NCBI GenBank assembly: GCA_022711115.1
Contig: JAKLFP010000005.1
Span: 136,572-200,571 of the forward strand
Direction of reading: 5' to 3'
From: Candidatus Omnitrophota bacterium
GTDB lineage: Bacteria > Omnitrophota > Omnitrophia > Omnitrophales > Aquincolibacteriaceae
DNA: 64,000 nt
The notes under the pieces: generated by a model
The model's input: the letters and a program-made list of their open reading frames with translations, nothing else
Told to the model about the DNA's origin: nothing
Databases searched by the model: none
Translations under genes and position numbers: made by a program
Part shown: positions 39,952 to 49,593 of the stretch, one piece after another
Numbering within the stretch: the stretch's first letter is position 1
Layout of the letters: each line of letters opens with the position of its first letter

Positions 39952-40758
39952 TTATTTTTTCCGTAGTTTGCCGCTGTTTTTGGTTTCGAGGAAAATTTTA
40001 TAAGCTTCTTTGGCTGTCGCATTTTTATGAACGATCGCGTTCAGGGCCTTGGCCATGGGAACAGGATTCGGATTCTGCCAAACATTCCGGCCCAGGTTGA
40101 TCCCGGCGGCGCCTTTTTGTATCCCGTCGGCGACAAATTCCAGCACTTCTAAATCGGTTTCGCACTTCGGACCGCCGGCCATGACCACTGGAACAGGACA
40201 ACCTTTGACGACTTTATCAAAATCCTTTTCACACCAATAGGTTTTGACCACGCGGGCGCCGAGTTCCGCGCAGATGCGGCAACAGAGACCTAAATACCGG
40301 GCTTCTCGCTTTTCCATTTCTTTTCCCACCGCCGTGACCGCCATGACTGGAATCCCGAAGTCCTCACACTGATTGACAAGGTCCGAGAGATTGTTGAGAG
40401 TTTCTTTTTCGTAATCACTGCCGATAAAAACCGAAACTCCCACAGCATCAACATTCAGACGGACAATCTCTTCGATGGATGTCGTGACGATCTCGTCAGC
40501 AAGATCATGACCGACCATGCTCGTTCCGCCGGAGACTCTTAAAATAATGGGTTTTCCCATAGCCGGATCAATAGCTGCTCGAAGGGTGCCGCGGGTACAG
40601 AACAGCGCATCAAAATAAGGGATGAGCGGTTTGATGGTTTCTCCCGGTTTTTCAAGGCCGGTGGTGGGTCCCTGGAAATAACCGTGGTCGATCGGCATAA
40701 AAAAACCACGGCCGTTCGGCATGAGTTGATTCAATCGATTTTTCATTCCCCAGTCCAT
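39952..40758 (-). CDS. Class I aldolase, DhnA/FbaB (archaeal-type FBP aldolase / ADH-synthase-like) family
   Basis: The protein is 268 aa. It has TIM-barrel DeoC/LacD-like motifs (PIDHG, VKTYW with a Schiff-base Lys region). Confidence 0.6.
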   Translation of the reverse strand: MDWGMKNRLNQLMPNGRGFFMPIDHGYFQGPTTGLEKPGETIKPLIPYFDALFCTRGTLRAAIDPAMGKPIILRVSGGTSMVGHDLADEIVTTSIEEIVRLNVDAVGVSVFIGSDYEKETLNNLSDLVNQCEDFGIPVMAVTAVGKEMEKREARYLGLCCRICAELGARVVKTYWCEKDFDKVVKGCPVPVVMAGGPKCETDLEVLEFVADGIQKGAAGINLGRNVWQNPNPVPMAKALNAIVHKNATAKEAYKIFLETKNSGKLRKK

Positions 40759-41070
40759 AGAGAGTCTCCTTAAATGAAAGCTTCACTTGTGGAGCAGCGT
40801 GAGCAAGTGATTTGCTTGAATTTAATCCGCCAATGTTTTGTGGCGGATTTTTAAAAATGATATTTGTAAAAAAAGGATTATACCTATAAAGACTGTAGCG
40901 GTCATGTTCTTTTAGAAGCTTTTAGAGGCGATATAGGCAACTTTACGCTTTGGCTTCCTGATTGTTTAGGTTATACTTCTGGCATCATGATTATCATTCA
41001 TTGTGAAGAGTTAGGAAATCATGATTGTCCTGACTTCCTCATTAATGAAATCCAATGAAAGTCAGGGCCT

Positions 41071-41631
41071 ATGACGAACGATATTACGATCAATACTGAA
41101 TTCACCCCTAATCCGAATTCGCTGAAATTCAATGTCAGTGTGTCCCTATGCGATCACGGGCCTGTCCAGTTCGCCTCGTCCGCGGAATCCAAAAAGTCGC
41201 CACTGGCCGCGCAGCTTTTTGAGATCGAGGGCATCAAGGAAGTTATGATCGGACCGGATTTTGTCACCGTGACGCGGCAAGAGAACATTGTGTCGTGGGG
41301 GCCGCTAATCCCTCGTGTTTCAGAGACCATACGGGAATATCTCTGCTGCGGCAAGTCAGGTCCCAAGGTTTGTCAAAGTTGCGCGGATGTTGCCAGTCCT
41401 CATTCGGATGTAGAGAAGCGTATCCTTGAGGTGTTGAATGAGCATATCCGTCCGGCGCTGGCCAATGACGGCGGGGATGTCCGGTTCTGCGGCTATGAGA
41501 ACGGGATCGTGAAGCTTCATCTGAAGGGTGCTTGCGCGGGTTGTCCGAGTGCCATGATCACGCTGAAGATGGGTATCGAAGCCTACCTGAAAGAATATAT
41601 CCCCGAAGTTAAAGAAGTCGTTCGCGTCTGA
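41071..41631 (+). CDS. nfuA: NfuA-like Fe-S cluster carrier (Nfu_N plus NifU C-terminal CxxC domain)
   Basis: The N-terminal FTPNPNSLKF motif and the C-terminal GACAGCP motif are present. Confidence 0.8.
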   Translation: MTNDITINTEFTPNPNSLKFNVSVSLCDHGPVQFASSAESKKSPLAAQLFEIEGIKEVMIGPDFVTVTRQENIVSWGPLIPRVSETIREYLCCGKSGPKVCQSCADVASPHSDVEKRILEVLNEHIRPALANDGGDVRFCGYENGIVKLHLKGACAGCPSAMITLKMGIEAYLKEYIPEVKEVVRV

Positions 41632-41796
41632 TAACCCTCACCTTACGCAATACAAGCTACAAGACGGAAAATGTTTGCGTAACATGTTGTGAACACCCTT
41701 TATCGTTTTCTCAAATAGCCGATACTTTAATCAGTGAAATTCACAATTGAGGAGAGAATACGTGCCAAATAATTCCTCGCGTATTTTTTATCAATA

Positions 41797-42573
41797 ATGA
41801 AGCCAATTCTTAGCGCCTTTTTATTGCTTGTTCCCTTTATTTTTGGGATTTTGCTTTACATTAAGACAAACCGAAAACCGCTTATTTCCCATGCTTTCTG
41901 CATGGGATTTTTTTTGATGCTTGTGGCCCAATTAGCTGAATTTGCGATCCAACAAAACTTTAATTGCTATCTTGTAAATCGATGTCCTGATTTCCGACTA
42001 AAAATCTTTGTATGGCTGCTATGTGTGGGGGTGGAGGAGATCGTGAGATGCGGGGCGGTCCTTGTGGAGATATTTCGCTCAAATTTTTTGAAGGGGCCTA
42101 AAGAAGGGATCCTTTATGCGGTTTCCGCGTCTCTTGGTATGGTAGGCTGGGAAAATATGAACTACTTTTTCTTTATCTTTCCATCTTACCCTGTCTTATC
42201 TACATCATCACCATTTATCCAGTATGCAGCAAAAACAGGCATATTGGCGACGATAGTCGGGCCAATTAATCGTTTAGGGTTACCACTTGTTGCGCACGTT
42301 ACTTTTGGAGTCGTATTAGGATACTTCTTAGGAATAGCCAAAGCAGAGAAAGATCGTCGTTTTTTTTGGATTACAATGGGCATGAGTGTCTCATTTTTAA
42401 TGCATTTTGTTTACAATTTTTTGGATGAGATCATAAAGAAACTATTTTTTAATCTATCAGATCTTATTAGTGGTGGTGTGCAGTCCATTGTGAAATTAGC
42501 TGTGTTTGCTATCGAAGTTTATATAGCGTTTCAATTGATAAAAAAGGCAAAAACAAAGGAGACTTTACCATGA
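41797..42573 (+). CDS. Polytopic membrane protein, possibly a PrsW/CPBP-type intramembrane metalloprotease
   Basis: The protein is multi-TM. Motifs resembling EExxR (VEEIVR), F...H and HxxxN (HFVYN) are present. Confidence 0.45.
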   Translation: MKPILSAFLLLVPFIFGILLYIKTNRKPLISHAFCMGFFLMLVAQLAEFAIQQNFNCYLVNRCPDFRLKIFVWLLCVGVEEIVRCGAVLVEIFRSNFLKGPKEGILYAVSASLGMVGWENMNYFFFIFPSYPVLSTSSPFIQYAAKTGILATIVGPINRLGLPLVAHVTFGVVLGYFLGIAKAEKDRRFFWITMGMSVSFLMHFVYNFLDEIIKKLFFNLSDLISGGVQSIVKLAVFAIEVYIAFQLIKKAKTKETLP

Positions 42574-43169
42574 TTTCAGAAAAACCGTCCTTTTTGGGAT
42601 TCATTCTTTTTTCATTAATGCTTGCCGGGGGTCTTTCTGTTATTTCAGCCATGATCTTAATTACAACAAGAAATAATTTTCCGGCTAATCAACCCGTGAT
42701 GATTACGGCTTTAGATGCTGCTTTGGGGCTGTTTCTAGCGTTTCTTGCTTGGGGGATTGATCACGGAAAAGGTTTCTACCGGAAATATCTTGTCGGTTTG
42801 TTTGTGATCGTTCTCATGGAACTGATTATTAAATGGGTCTGTTTGATTCTTTATTTAGGAAAATTTGGTGATTATATATTTTCGTTAGTGCCTTCTTCTG
42901 CTTTTTTCATACTGGTGACAATTTATTTTTGCCGAAGAAATGTGGTGCAATTTTTAGATCATGAGGATCCTGCGGCGGATGGGCTAGAAGCAACCACATC
43001 TCAAAAAAGTTGGAAAAAACCACTAGGCATTTCAATACAAATTGCGGGGATCGCACTCGGTGTTTTGTTTGGCGCAGAAAAAATAGGTACTTCATTTTAC
43101 TTGCCCACTCTTTTATTCTTTGGAGGACTTTTAGGCGGAGGTTTTCTATATCGCTTTGGCAAAAAATAA
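42570..43169 (+). CDS. Hypothetical membrane protein
   Basis: The 4-nt ATGA overlap with the upstream gene suggests coupling. It has 5-6 hydrophobic helices. Confidence 0.5.
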   Translation: MISEKPSFLGFILFSLMLAGGLSVISAMILITTRNNFPANQPVMITALDAALGLFLAFLAWGIDHGKGFYRKYLVGLFVIVLMELIIKWVCLILYLGKFGDYIFSLVPSSAFFILVTIYFCRRNVVQFLDHEDPAADGLEATTSQKSWKKPLGISIQIAGIALGVLFGAEKIGTSFYLPTLLFFGGLLGGGFLYRFGKK

Positions 43170-43191
43170 CATTAAAACAGAATCAGATTGA

Positions 43192-43572
43192 ATGCCATCG
43201 AAAGGAGATTCTATTTTTCGACCTTTATCGATTACTGTTATCTCATGGTTTATCATCAGCTCAAGCGTGGCAGGATTTTTTCTCACTATAGGCAATTTTA
43301 ATAAAGCCATAGAACAGCGCAATTTCTTTTGGGTCTGTTTTTACATTATCGCGCCGGGCGTAGCGATGCTCTCTGGTTTTTTCATGCTTCAAGGAAAGAA
43401 TTGGGCTAGATTTCTTTATGTTATTTGGAGTTTTTTTATTTCCATGGTCCCACACTTACTTTTGAGAGAACTAAAGGCTGGAGTAATTGTGCTGATTATG
43501 ATTTATGTTTTCTTGTTCCTTCCAAACGCTAATCGATATTTTTCAAGAAAAGAAGAGAGTTCGTTGCTGTGA
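43192..43572 (+). CDS. Hypothetical membrane protein
   Basis: The protein has 3-4 hydrophobic helices and sits in the same operon. Confidence 0.5.
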   Translation: MPSKGDSIFRPLSITVISWFIISSSVAGFFLTIGNFNKAIEQRNFFWVCFYIIAPGVAMLSGFFMLQGKNWARFLYVIWSFFISMVPHLLLRELKAGVIVLIMIYVFLFLPNANRYFSRKEESSLL

Positions 43573-44129
43573 CATTTCATTTTGATGAGAATAAATTTTT
43601 GTTGAATCAAAAGGTTTTCACAATTGGGTCCAAGTACGATGTTCTGGATGAGAGTGGACATCCGTTGTGCTATCTCAAACAAAAAATCTGGACGCTTAAG
43701 CGGCATGTTGATGTCTATGCATCCGAGACATCTGAGAATGTTTTGATGAGAATTGTGCAGGATCGCATCTTCACACTATTTACAAGTTTTTCTGTTATTG
43801 ATGAGGCTGGCCAGTTAGTAGGAAGGATTTGTCAGAAATTCTCTCTCTTTAGGCGAACCTACGGTGTGAAAAGTTTTGCAGGGGAAGAAATTGCAACTGC
43901 GGAGCAAGATGTTGTGTCTTCCGTTCTTGGTGCTACAAGCAGAGGTTATGTACGCGACTTGGCGAATTTTAATATCATGATGAAGGGTGAGCAAATAGGA
44001 GTTTTTAATCGCAAACTTATGCTCTTTGATCGGTATGTTATGGATATTTATGATGATCCGGTAAAGAGGTTGGACCGGCGATTGGCATTAGCATTAGCCG
44101 TAATCTTAGATTTAGGTGAAGATCGGTAA
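43569..44129 (+). CDS. LURP-one-related / tubby-like (DUF567-like) protein
   Basis: The 186-aa protein shows the pattern of LOR-family beta-barrel proteins. It overlaps the upstream gene by 4 nt. Confidence 0.45.
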   Translation: MTFHFDENKFLLNQKVFTIGSKYDVLDESGHPLCYLKQKIWTLKRHVDVYASETSENVLMRIVQDRIFTLFTSFSVIDEAGQLVGRICQKFSLFRRTYGVKSFAGEEIATAEQDVVSSVLGATSRGYVRDLANFNIMMKGEQIGVFNRKLMLFDRYVMDIYDDPVKRLDRRLALALAVILDLGEDR

Positions 44130-44152
44130 TTAAAAGTAAAACGGAGGGTCTT

Positions 44153-44329
44153 ATGGCAAAGAAAATACTTCGGAAATTAAGCACAAGTAAAGTGACAACA
44201 TTCAAAATCAAAAATCGTCGCGGGTATGCGGCTATTTGTATGGGGAATCTGACCGAGGGGAATACTGTCGGGATTGCGATGGCGCGCATGGCCAAAGCCG
44301 TGAAGAGGATGGGATATCTTTTGGCGTAA
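44153..44329 (+). CDS. Small basic protein (58 aa), unannotated in the ORF track
   Basis: A GGAGGG Shine-Dalgarno lies 6 nt upstream of the ATG. The sequence is MAKKILRKLSTSKVTTFKIKNRRGYAAICMGNLTEGNTVGIAMARMAKAVKRMGYLLA. A hairpin follows at 44351-44384. Confidence 0.45.
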   Translation: MAKKILRKLSTSKVTTFKIKNRRGYAAICMGNLTEGNTVGIAMARMAKAVKRMGYLLA

Positions 44330-44484
44330 AAGCGCCAAAGTAACAAAGTCACACGCCACAAGGCCACATGTAAAGAATTATTCTGTGGCGTGTGGCTTGA
44401 GTCATGTGGCGTTGGTTATTTGACACCCCTCGCTTCATCCTATAAGATACAGAAAATTCAAAGGTTGCGGAGAACTCTTTTAAA

Positions 44485-45471
44485 GTGAAGAAAACACGTG
44501 TTTTTAGCGGCACCCGACCTACTGGTAAGCTCCATCTCGGGAATCTTCTCGGTGCGCTTGAAAATTATAAAAAACTCCAGGGACAGGACGCGTTTTTCAT
44601 GATTGCTGACTTGCACGCCCTGACGACTGAGTACGAGTCCAAAACAACAATCGCGCAGAATGTGATGGAAGTTGTGATCGATTATCTGGCGAGCGGTCTA
44701 GATCCGGAAAAGTGTACCTTTTTTGTGCAAAGCGAAGTTCAGGAGCACGCGAGTCTTTCGCTATTGCTTTCCATGATCACGCCGTTGGGATGGCTGGAGC
44801 GGAACCCGACTTACAAAGACCAGTTGCAGGAACTCAAGGGGAAAGACCTGAACACGCACGGTTTTCTAGGGTATCCGGTTCTGCAGGCCGCGGATATCAT
44901 GCTTTACAAGGGGGAAAAAGTGCCGGTTGGAGAAGACCAGTTGCCGCATTTAGAGCTGACGCGTGAAATTATCCGTCGATTTTTTTATTTATACAAAAAA
45001 AATATTTTTCCGGAACCCGAAGCCGTTCTAACTCAGGTGCCGAAGGTGCCGGGATTGGACGGTCGCAAAATGAGTAAAAGTTACAATAATTGTATTTATC
45101 TGGCGGACTCGCGCGAAGAGGTGACAAAAAAGATCCGTGGGATGATGACGGATCCGGCACGCAAGACCAAAGAAGACAAGGGACATCCGGAAGTTTGCCC
45201 GGTGTTTTTTTATCACAAGCTTTTAAATCCTGAAAGAGTAGAAGGCGTAGCCCATGAATGTCGGAATGCGTTACGCGGGTGCGTGGAATGTAAAATGGAA
45301 ATGGCGACGAAACTGAATGAATTTTTAGATCCCATTCGGGAGAGACGTGAATCATGGATGAAGAAAAAAACGGAAGTCAGGCAGATCCTGGACCAGGGAG
45401 CCAAGAGGGCGCGGGAAATAGCGAGCCAAACTCTCAGGGAGACCATGGAAGCCATGGGGTTGGTAGCGTAG
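44485..45471 (+). CDS. trpS: Tryptophan--tRNA ligase
   Basis: It has a GTG start. The HIGH-like motif TGKLHLGN and the KMSKS motif are present, and it is 328 aa. Confidence 0.9.
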   Translation: MKKTRVFSGTRPTGKLHLGNLLGALENYKKLQGQDAFFMIADLHALTTEYESKTTIAQNVMEVVIDYLASGLDPEKCTFFVQSEVQEHASLSLLLSMITPLGWLERNPTYKDQLQELKGKDLNTHGFLGYPVLQAADIMLYKGEKVPVGEDQLPHLELTREIIRRFFYLYKKNIFPEPEAVLTQVPKVPGLDGRKMSKSYNNCIYLADSREEVTKKIRGMMTDPARKTKEDKGHPEVCPVFFYHKLLNPERVEGVAHECRNALRGCVECKMEMATKLNEFLDPIRERRESWMKKKTEVRQILDQGAKRAREIASQTLRETMEAMGLVA

Positions 45472-45497
45472 TCTCCTCCTCCGTTCCTGAGCCGGCG

Positions 45498-46307
45498 GTG
45501 ACACAAGTTCCGGATAATCAGGGCACGGAAAAAGGGATCAACCCGCTTCACGTCAAGATTGCCGCATACGACGGGCCGCTCGATCTTCTTTTGGACCTTA
45601 TCAAGAAGAACGAGATGAACATCTATGACATCGCGATCGCGGAAATCACGAAACAGTATCTGGATTACCTGCACACGATGAAACAGCTGGATCTTGAGGT
45701 CGCCGGGGAATTCATCGTGATGGCGGCGACGCTGATTTACATCAAGTCCAAAATGCTTCTTCCGACCGAAAAAGACGAAGAAGACAGTGAAGGGGAAGAC
45801 CCGCGCGCGGAACTGGTTCGCAAACTGCTGGAATATCAGGCGTTCAAGGAGGCGGCCAAGGAACTTGGGCTGTTACAGACCGAGCGCGGCAAGATGTTCA
45901 CGCGCCAGATCTCGGATTATTATCTTGGCGAATTAGAACCTGAAGATATCGGGATCGACAGCTTCAGCGCGAATTTTTTCGATTTGATCGTCGCGTTTCA
46001 GAATGTCCTTTCGAAAAAAGAGGCGAAACGGGATCACGAGGTCTTTGAAGAAGTTATTTCGATCGAGGAAAAGATGATCGAGATCCAATCTTACCTCGCG
46101 GAAAAAAAGAGGATCAGTTTCAACGATCTTTTTTCAGAACAGTGGACACGCAACGAACTCATCGCGACATTCCTCGCGGTGCTTGAACTTGTCAGAACGC
46201 GGTTTGCGTGGGTGCGCCAGGAAAAGCAATTCGGCGAGATCATCATTGAAAAAAGAGAAGGGAATGATATAAAGGTCGTTCCAGAAGCTTCCGGAGAAAC
46301 AGCCTGA
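45498..46307 (+). CDS. scpA: Segregation and condensation protein A (start uncertain; GTG 45498 proposed)
   Basis: The YDGPLDLLLDLIKK N-terminal signature is present. The ORF-track start at 45354 overlaps trpS by 118 nt, and no ATG lies between 45471 and that motif. Confidence 0.7.
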   Translation: MTQVPDNQGTEKGINPLHVKIAAYDGPLDLLLDLIKKNEMNIYDIAIAEITKQYLDYLHTMKQLDLEVAGEFIVMAATLIYIKSKMLLPTEKDEEDSEGEDPRAELVRKLLEYQAFKEAAKELGLLQTERGKMFTRQISDYYLGELEPEDIGIDSFSANFFDLIVAFQNVLSKKEAKRDHEVFEEVISIEEKMIEIQSYLAEKKRISFNDLFSEQWTRNELIATFLAVLELVRTRFAWVRQEKQFGEIIIEKREGNDIKVVPEASGETA

Positions 46308-46415
46308 TTTTTAAAAAGTAAAAGAAAAGGATGGATACTTTCAATAGCCCTCAACAGTCAACCCATAGCGAAGATATCACATGGCGTGTTTGCGGAGCAA
46401 GTTGAATAAAAAGTC

Positions 46416-47279
46416 ATGAAACCAACAGCGGCACAGGAACGGGAAAAGCAGGCCAAAATGAAGGCCTTGCGCAAGGAACTTGACCGGGAGATCCAAGACC
46501 AACTCGAAGAAAGTAAGGCGGCCGAAGACCTTGTGGAAACTCCCAAGTTTGAAATGGAAGCATTGCGGGAAGAAGACCTGCAAGATCCCCAAAAAGCCAA
46601 GCAAGTTGTTGAAGCCCTGATTTTTGCCTCGTCCAAGCCGCTGACTCCGGCCGAGATTCGCAAAGTCACCAAAGTTTTAAATGTTTCCCAAATCGAGGCG
46701 ATTGCGGCGGAGCTTAAGGAAGATTATCAGAAAACGGAACGCTGTTTTGAGCTTTTGGAGATCGCGGGTGGTTATGAGATTTCGACCAAAAAAGAATTTG
46801 CGCCCTGGATTCTAAGGATTGAGCTTCAACGTAAGGCCAGGCAAGCCACGCAGTCGGCGCTTGAAAGTCTGGCGATTCTGGCTTACAAACAGCCGCTGAC
46901 ACGCGCTGAGATCGAAGCCCTGCGAGGCGTCGATACGACCGGCGTGATCAATACGCTTATGGAAAAGGGATTCATCAGGATTGTCGGAAAAAAAGAGGTT
47001 CCGGGACGGCCGTTTCTTTATGGTACGACCGAGAAATTTTTGGAGCATTTCGGTTTAAAAGCGCTGCAGGATCTTCCGAGCATTGATGAGATCAAACAGA
47101 TGGTGGAGAGTTCTGTGAAGAAAGAAGACCTTTTAGGAACGACCAAGATGGTGGATATCCCGAAAGAGGAACAGGCGGCTTCCTCGGAGGAGAAACCTCA
47201 AGAAATAGAAATGCCTCATGAACAAGAGCAAGAGGGAGTGACTGAAAATGGACCTGAGCCAAATACGCAAGAAGATTGA
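46416..47279 (+). CDS. scpB: Segregation and condensation protein B with acidic C-terminal tail
   Basis: The winged-helix motifs EALIFAS..PL and LRGVDTTGVI are present. It lies immediately after scpA. Confidence 0.8.
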   Translation: MKPTAAQEREKQAKMKALRKELDREIQDQLEESKAAEDLVETPKFEMEALREEDLQDPQKAKQVVEALIFASSKPLTPAEIRKVTKVLNVSQIEAIAAELKEDYQKTERCFELLEIAGGYEISTKKEFAPWILRIELQRKARQATQSALESLAILAYKQPLTRAEIEALRGVDTTGVINTLMEKGFIRIVGKKEVPGRPFLYGTTEKFLEHFGLKALQDLPSIDEIKQMVESSVKKEDLLGTTKMVDIPKEEQAASSEEKPQEIEMPHEQEQEGVTENGPEPNTQED

Positions 47280-48327
47280 TGAACTAGATCAGAAGATAGT
47301 CGGGTTGTTGAACGATCGCACAAAACTTGCGCTTGAGATCGGCAAAAAAAAGCTCGAGGCAGGCAAGGAAGTTTATGCCCCGGAGCGGGAAAGCGAAATC
47401 TACCAAAAAATCGATCGTTTAGCTGAAAAAGGTGTTTTGCCGAAGGATGCTTTGAAGGCGGTTTATCGCGAAATCATGTCCGCTTTGCTCGCTTTAGAAA
47501 AACCGTTGACCATTGCCTATCTTGGTCCTGAAGCGACCTTTACTCATTTGGCTTCTTTGTCAAAATTCGGGACGAGTGTTCACTATCGCCCTTGTGTCAG
47601 CATCAATGAAGTATTCCGTGATGTTGAGCAAGGTCGCGCGGATTACGGGGTCATTCCCATCGAGAATTCCATAGAAGGGGCTGTGAGCCATACGCTGGAT
47701 ATGTTTATTGATTCGGATCTGAAAATCTGTTCGGAAATTTATTCCGAGATCTCGCATTTCCTGATGTCCAATGCGCCAAGCTTAAAGCAGATCCGGCGGG
47801 TTTATTCCAAGGCTGAAGTGTTTGGCCAGTGTCGCCTGTGGCTTGAAACAAATCTTCATCATGCCGAGTTGATGGATGCTTCCAGTACGGCCGCAGCCGC
47901 AAAACGCGCGCAAAACGAAGACGGTGCGGCGGCGATCGGTTCCAAATTGGCGGCCACTTTATACAATCTGCCGGTTCTGGCCGAAGGGATTCAGGATTTT
48001 GCGCAAAATGTGACGCGGTTTCTTGTGATTTCCAAGCAGGTGCCGGCGCCGACGAAACATGATCGCACCTCGATCCTTGTATCCATTCGTGACAAGGTAG
48101 GAGCGCTTTATGAAATGCTAGGCCCTATCCGGAAATACAAGGTCAACATGACCAAGATCGAATCGCGGCCGTCCAAGAAAAAGGCCTGGGACTATTACTT
48201 CTATATCGATTTCGAAGGACATGTCCATAATGCCAGGATCCGCAAGATGCTCGCGGACATGGAAAAGAACGTAAAATTCATCAAAGTACTCGGTTCTTAT
48301 CCGATTTCGGGTAGTCCGAGGGATTAA
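47248..48327 (+). CDS. pheA: Bifunctional chorismate mutase / prephenate dehydratase
   Basis: An N-terminal CM_2 region (IRKKIDELDQKIVGLLNDR) is followed by a PDT domain (TRF) and a C-terminal ACT domain. Confidence 0.85.
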   Translation: MDLSQIRKKIDELDQKIVGLLNDRTKLALEIGKKKLEAGKEVYAPERESEIYQKIDRLAEKGVLPKDALKAVYREIMSALLALEKPLTIAYLGPEATFTHLASLSKFGTSVHYRPCVSINEVFRDVEQGRADYGVIPIENSIEGAVSHTLDMFIDSDLKICSEIYSEISHFLMSNAPSLKQIRRVYSKAEVFGQCRLWLETNLHHAELMDASSTAAAAKRAQNEDGAAAIGSKLAATLYNLPVLAEGIQDFAQNVTRFLVISKQVPAPTKHDRTSILVSIRDKVGALYEMLGPIRKYKVNMTKIESRPSKKKAWDYYFYIDFEGHVHNARIRKMLADMEKNVKFIKVLGSYPISGSPRD

Positions 48328-48378
48328 ACCCATAGTGACGAACGGCGCATCATCCATCACTCATTTTTTAAAAATAAC

Positions 48379-49479
48379 ATGATACCATTCAAAAAAAATA
48401 TCCAGAATATCAGTCCTTATGAGCCCGGGAAGCCGATCAAAGAGCTTCAACGGGAGTACGGGATTCGAAATGTCACCAAGCTGGCATCGAATGAGAATCC
48501 CCTCGGTCCTTCGGGCAAGGCCATCCGTGCCATGCGAAGAGCGATTCGTGATGCGCATCTTTATCCGGAGGGAAGCTGCTACTATCTGCTTAATCGTTTG
48601 GCGCAAGAATTGAAGCTGGATTCCGGACACATCATTTTTGGAAACGGTTCCAATGAGATCATCGAGCTTTTGGCGCGTGGATTTTTATCGGAAGGGGATG
48701 AAGTCATCTCTTCCGAGAAAACCTTTTTGGTTTATCCGATCCTCAGCCAGGTTTGCGGCGCGAAATTCCGTGCGGTGCCCATGAAGGACTACCGTTATGA
48801 CCTTCAGGCCATCCTTGAAGCGATCACGCCGAAAACAAAGCTTATCTTCATCGCAAATCCGAACAATCCGACCGGGACTTATGTGACGGCTGGTGAGGTC
48901 GAAGACTTTCTCGCCAAGGTCCCGGAGCATGTCGTGGTCTGTTTTGATGAAGCGTATGTTGATTTTGTGGATGCCGAAGATTTTCCGAAAATGCTTTCTT
49001 ATATTAAAAATGAGCATTCCAATGTTGTCGTGCTTCGGACCTTTTCCAAGGCCTACGGGCTTGCCGGCCTCCGCATCGGCTACTGCCTGGCATCCAAGGA
49101 GATGGTGGCTTATCTTCACAAGATAAGACAGCCGTTCAACGTGAATTCGATCGCGCAGGCCGCAGCGACAGCGGCTTTAGATGATGAATTTTTTCGGTGG
49201 CGCACCAAATGGCTGGTACTTCGCGGTAAAAAATTTTTCTACCGCCGATTCAAGAAATTAGGATTAGAATATTTACCGACCCAAGCCAACTTCATTCTTG
49301 TGAATGTGAGAGGCGATGGCCAGGAGATTTTTCAGGATCTGCTTCGTAGCGGGATGATTGTCCGGGCGATGAATGCGTATAACCTGCCGGATTGGATTCG
49401 AATCACGATCGGACGGCGCAGCCAGAATGTACAGCTCGTCAAACTATTGAAAGCGTCTCTAAACAGAAAAGCTGTTTAG
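48379..49479 (+). CDS. hisC: Histidinol-phosphate / aromatic aminotransferase (class II aminotransferase)
   Basis: The PLP lysine lies in RTFSKAYGLAGLRIGY, and the N-terminal LASNENPLGPS motif is present. Confidence 0.8.
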   Translation: MIPFKKNIQNISPYEPGKPIKELQREYGIRNVTKLASNENPLGPSGKAIRAMRRAIRDAHLYPEGSCYYLLNRLAQELKLDSGHIIFGNGSNEIIELLARGFLSEGDEVISSEKTFLVYPILSQVCGAKFRAVPMKDYRYDLQAILEAITPKTKLIFIANPNNPTGTYVTAGEVEDFLAKVPEHVVVCFDEAYVDFVDAEDFPKMLSYIKNEHSNVVVLRTFSKAYGLAGLRIGYCLASKEMVAYLHKIRQPFNVNSIAQAAATAALDDEFFRWRTKWLVLRGKKFFYRRFKKLGLEYLPTQANFILVNVRGDGQEIFQDLLRSGMIVRAMNAYNLPDWIRITIGRRSQNVQLVKLLKASLNRKAV

Positions 49480-49593
49480 ATCATACAACGCACAACGAAA
49501 AAACGCATTGTTTGTGATGGAATGTCGTGCTGAGAAACGCTCTAAGCAGATGAAATATTTTGAGTCGAGTCGTTTATAAGGAGAGCAAACCAC

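Noticed and set aside
45354-45497. ORF-track start of scpA at 45354
   Set aside because: It would overlap trpS by 118 nt in another frame. The conserved ScpA N-terminus begins about 20 codons after GTG 45498.
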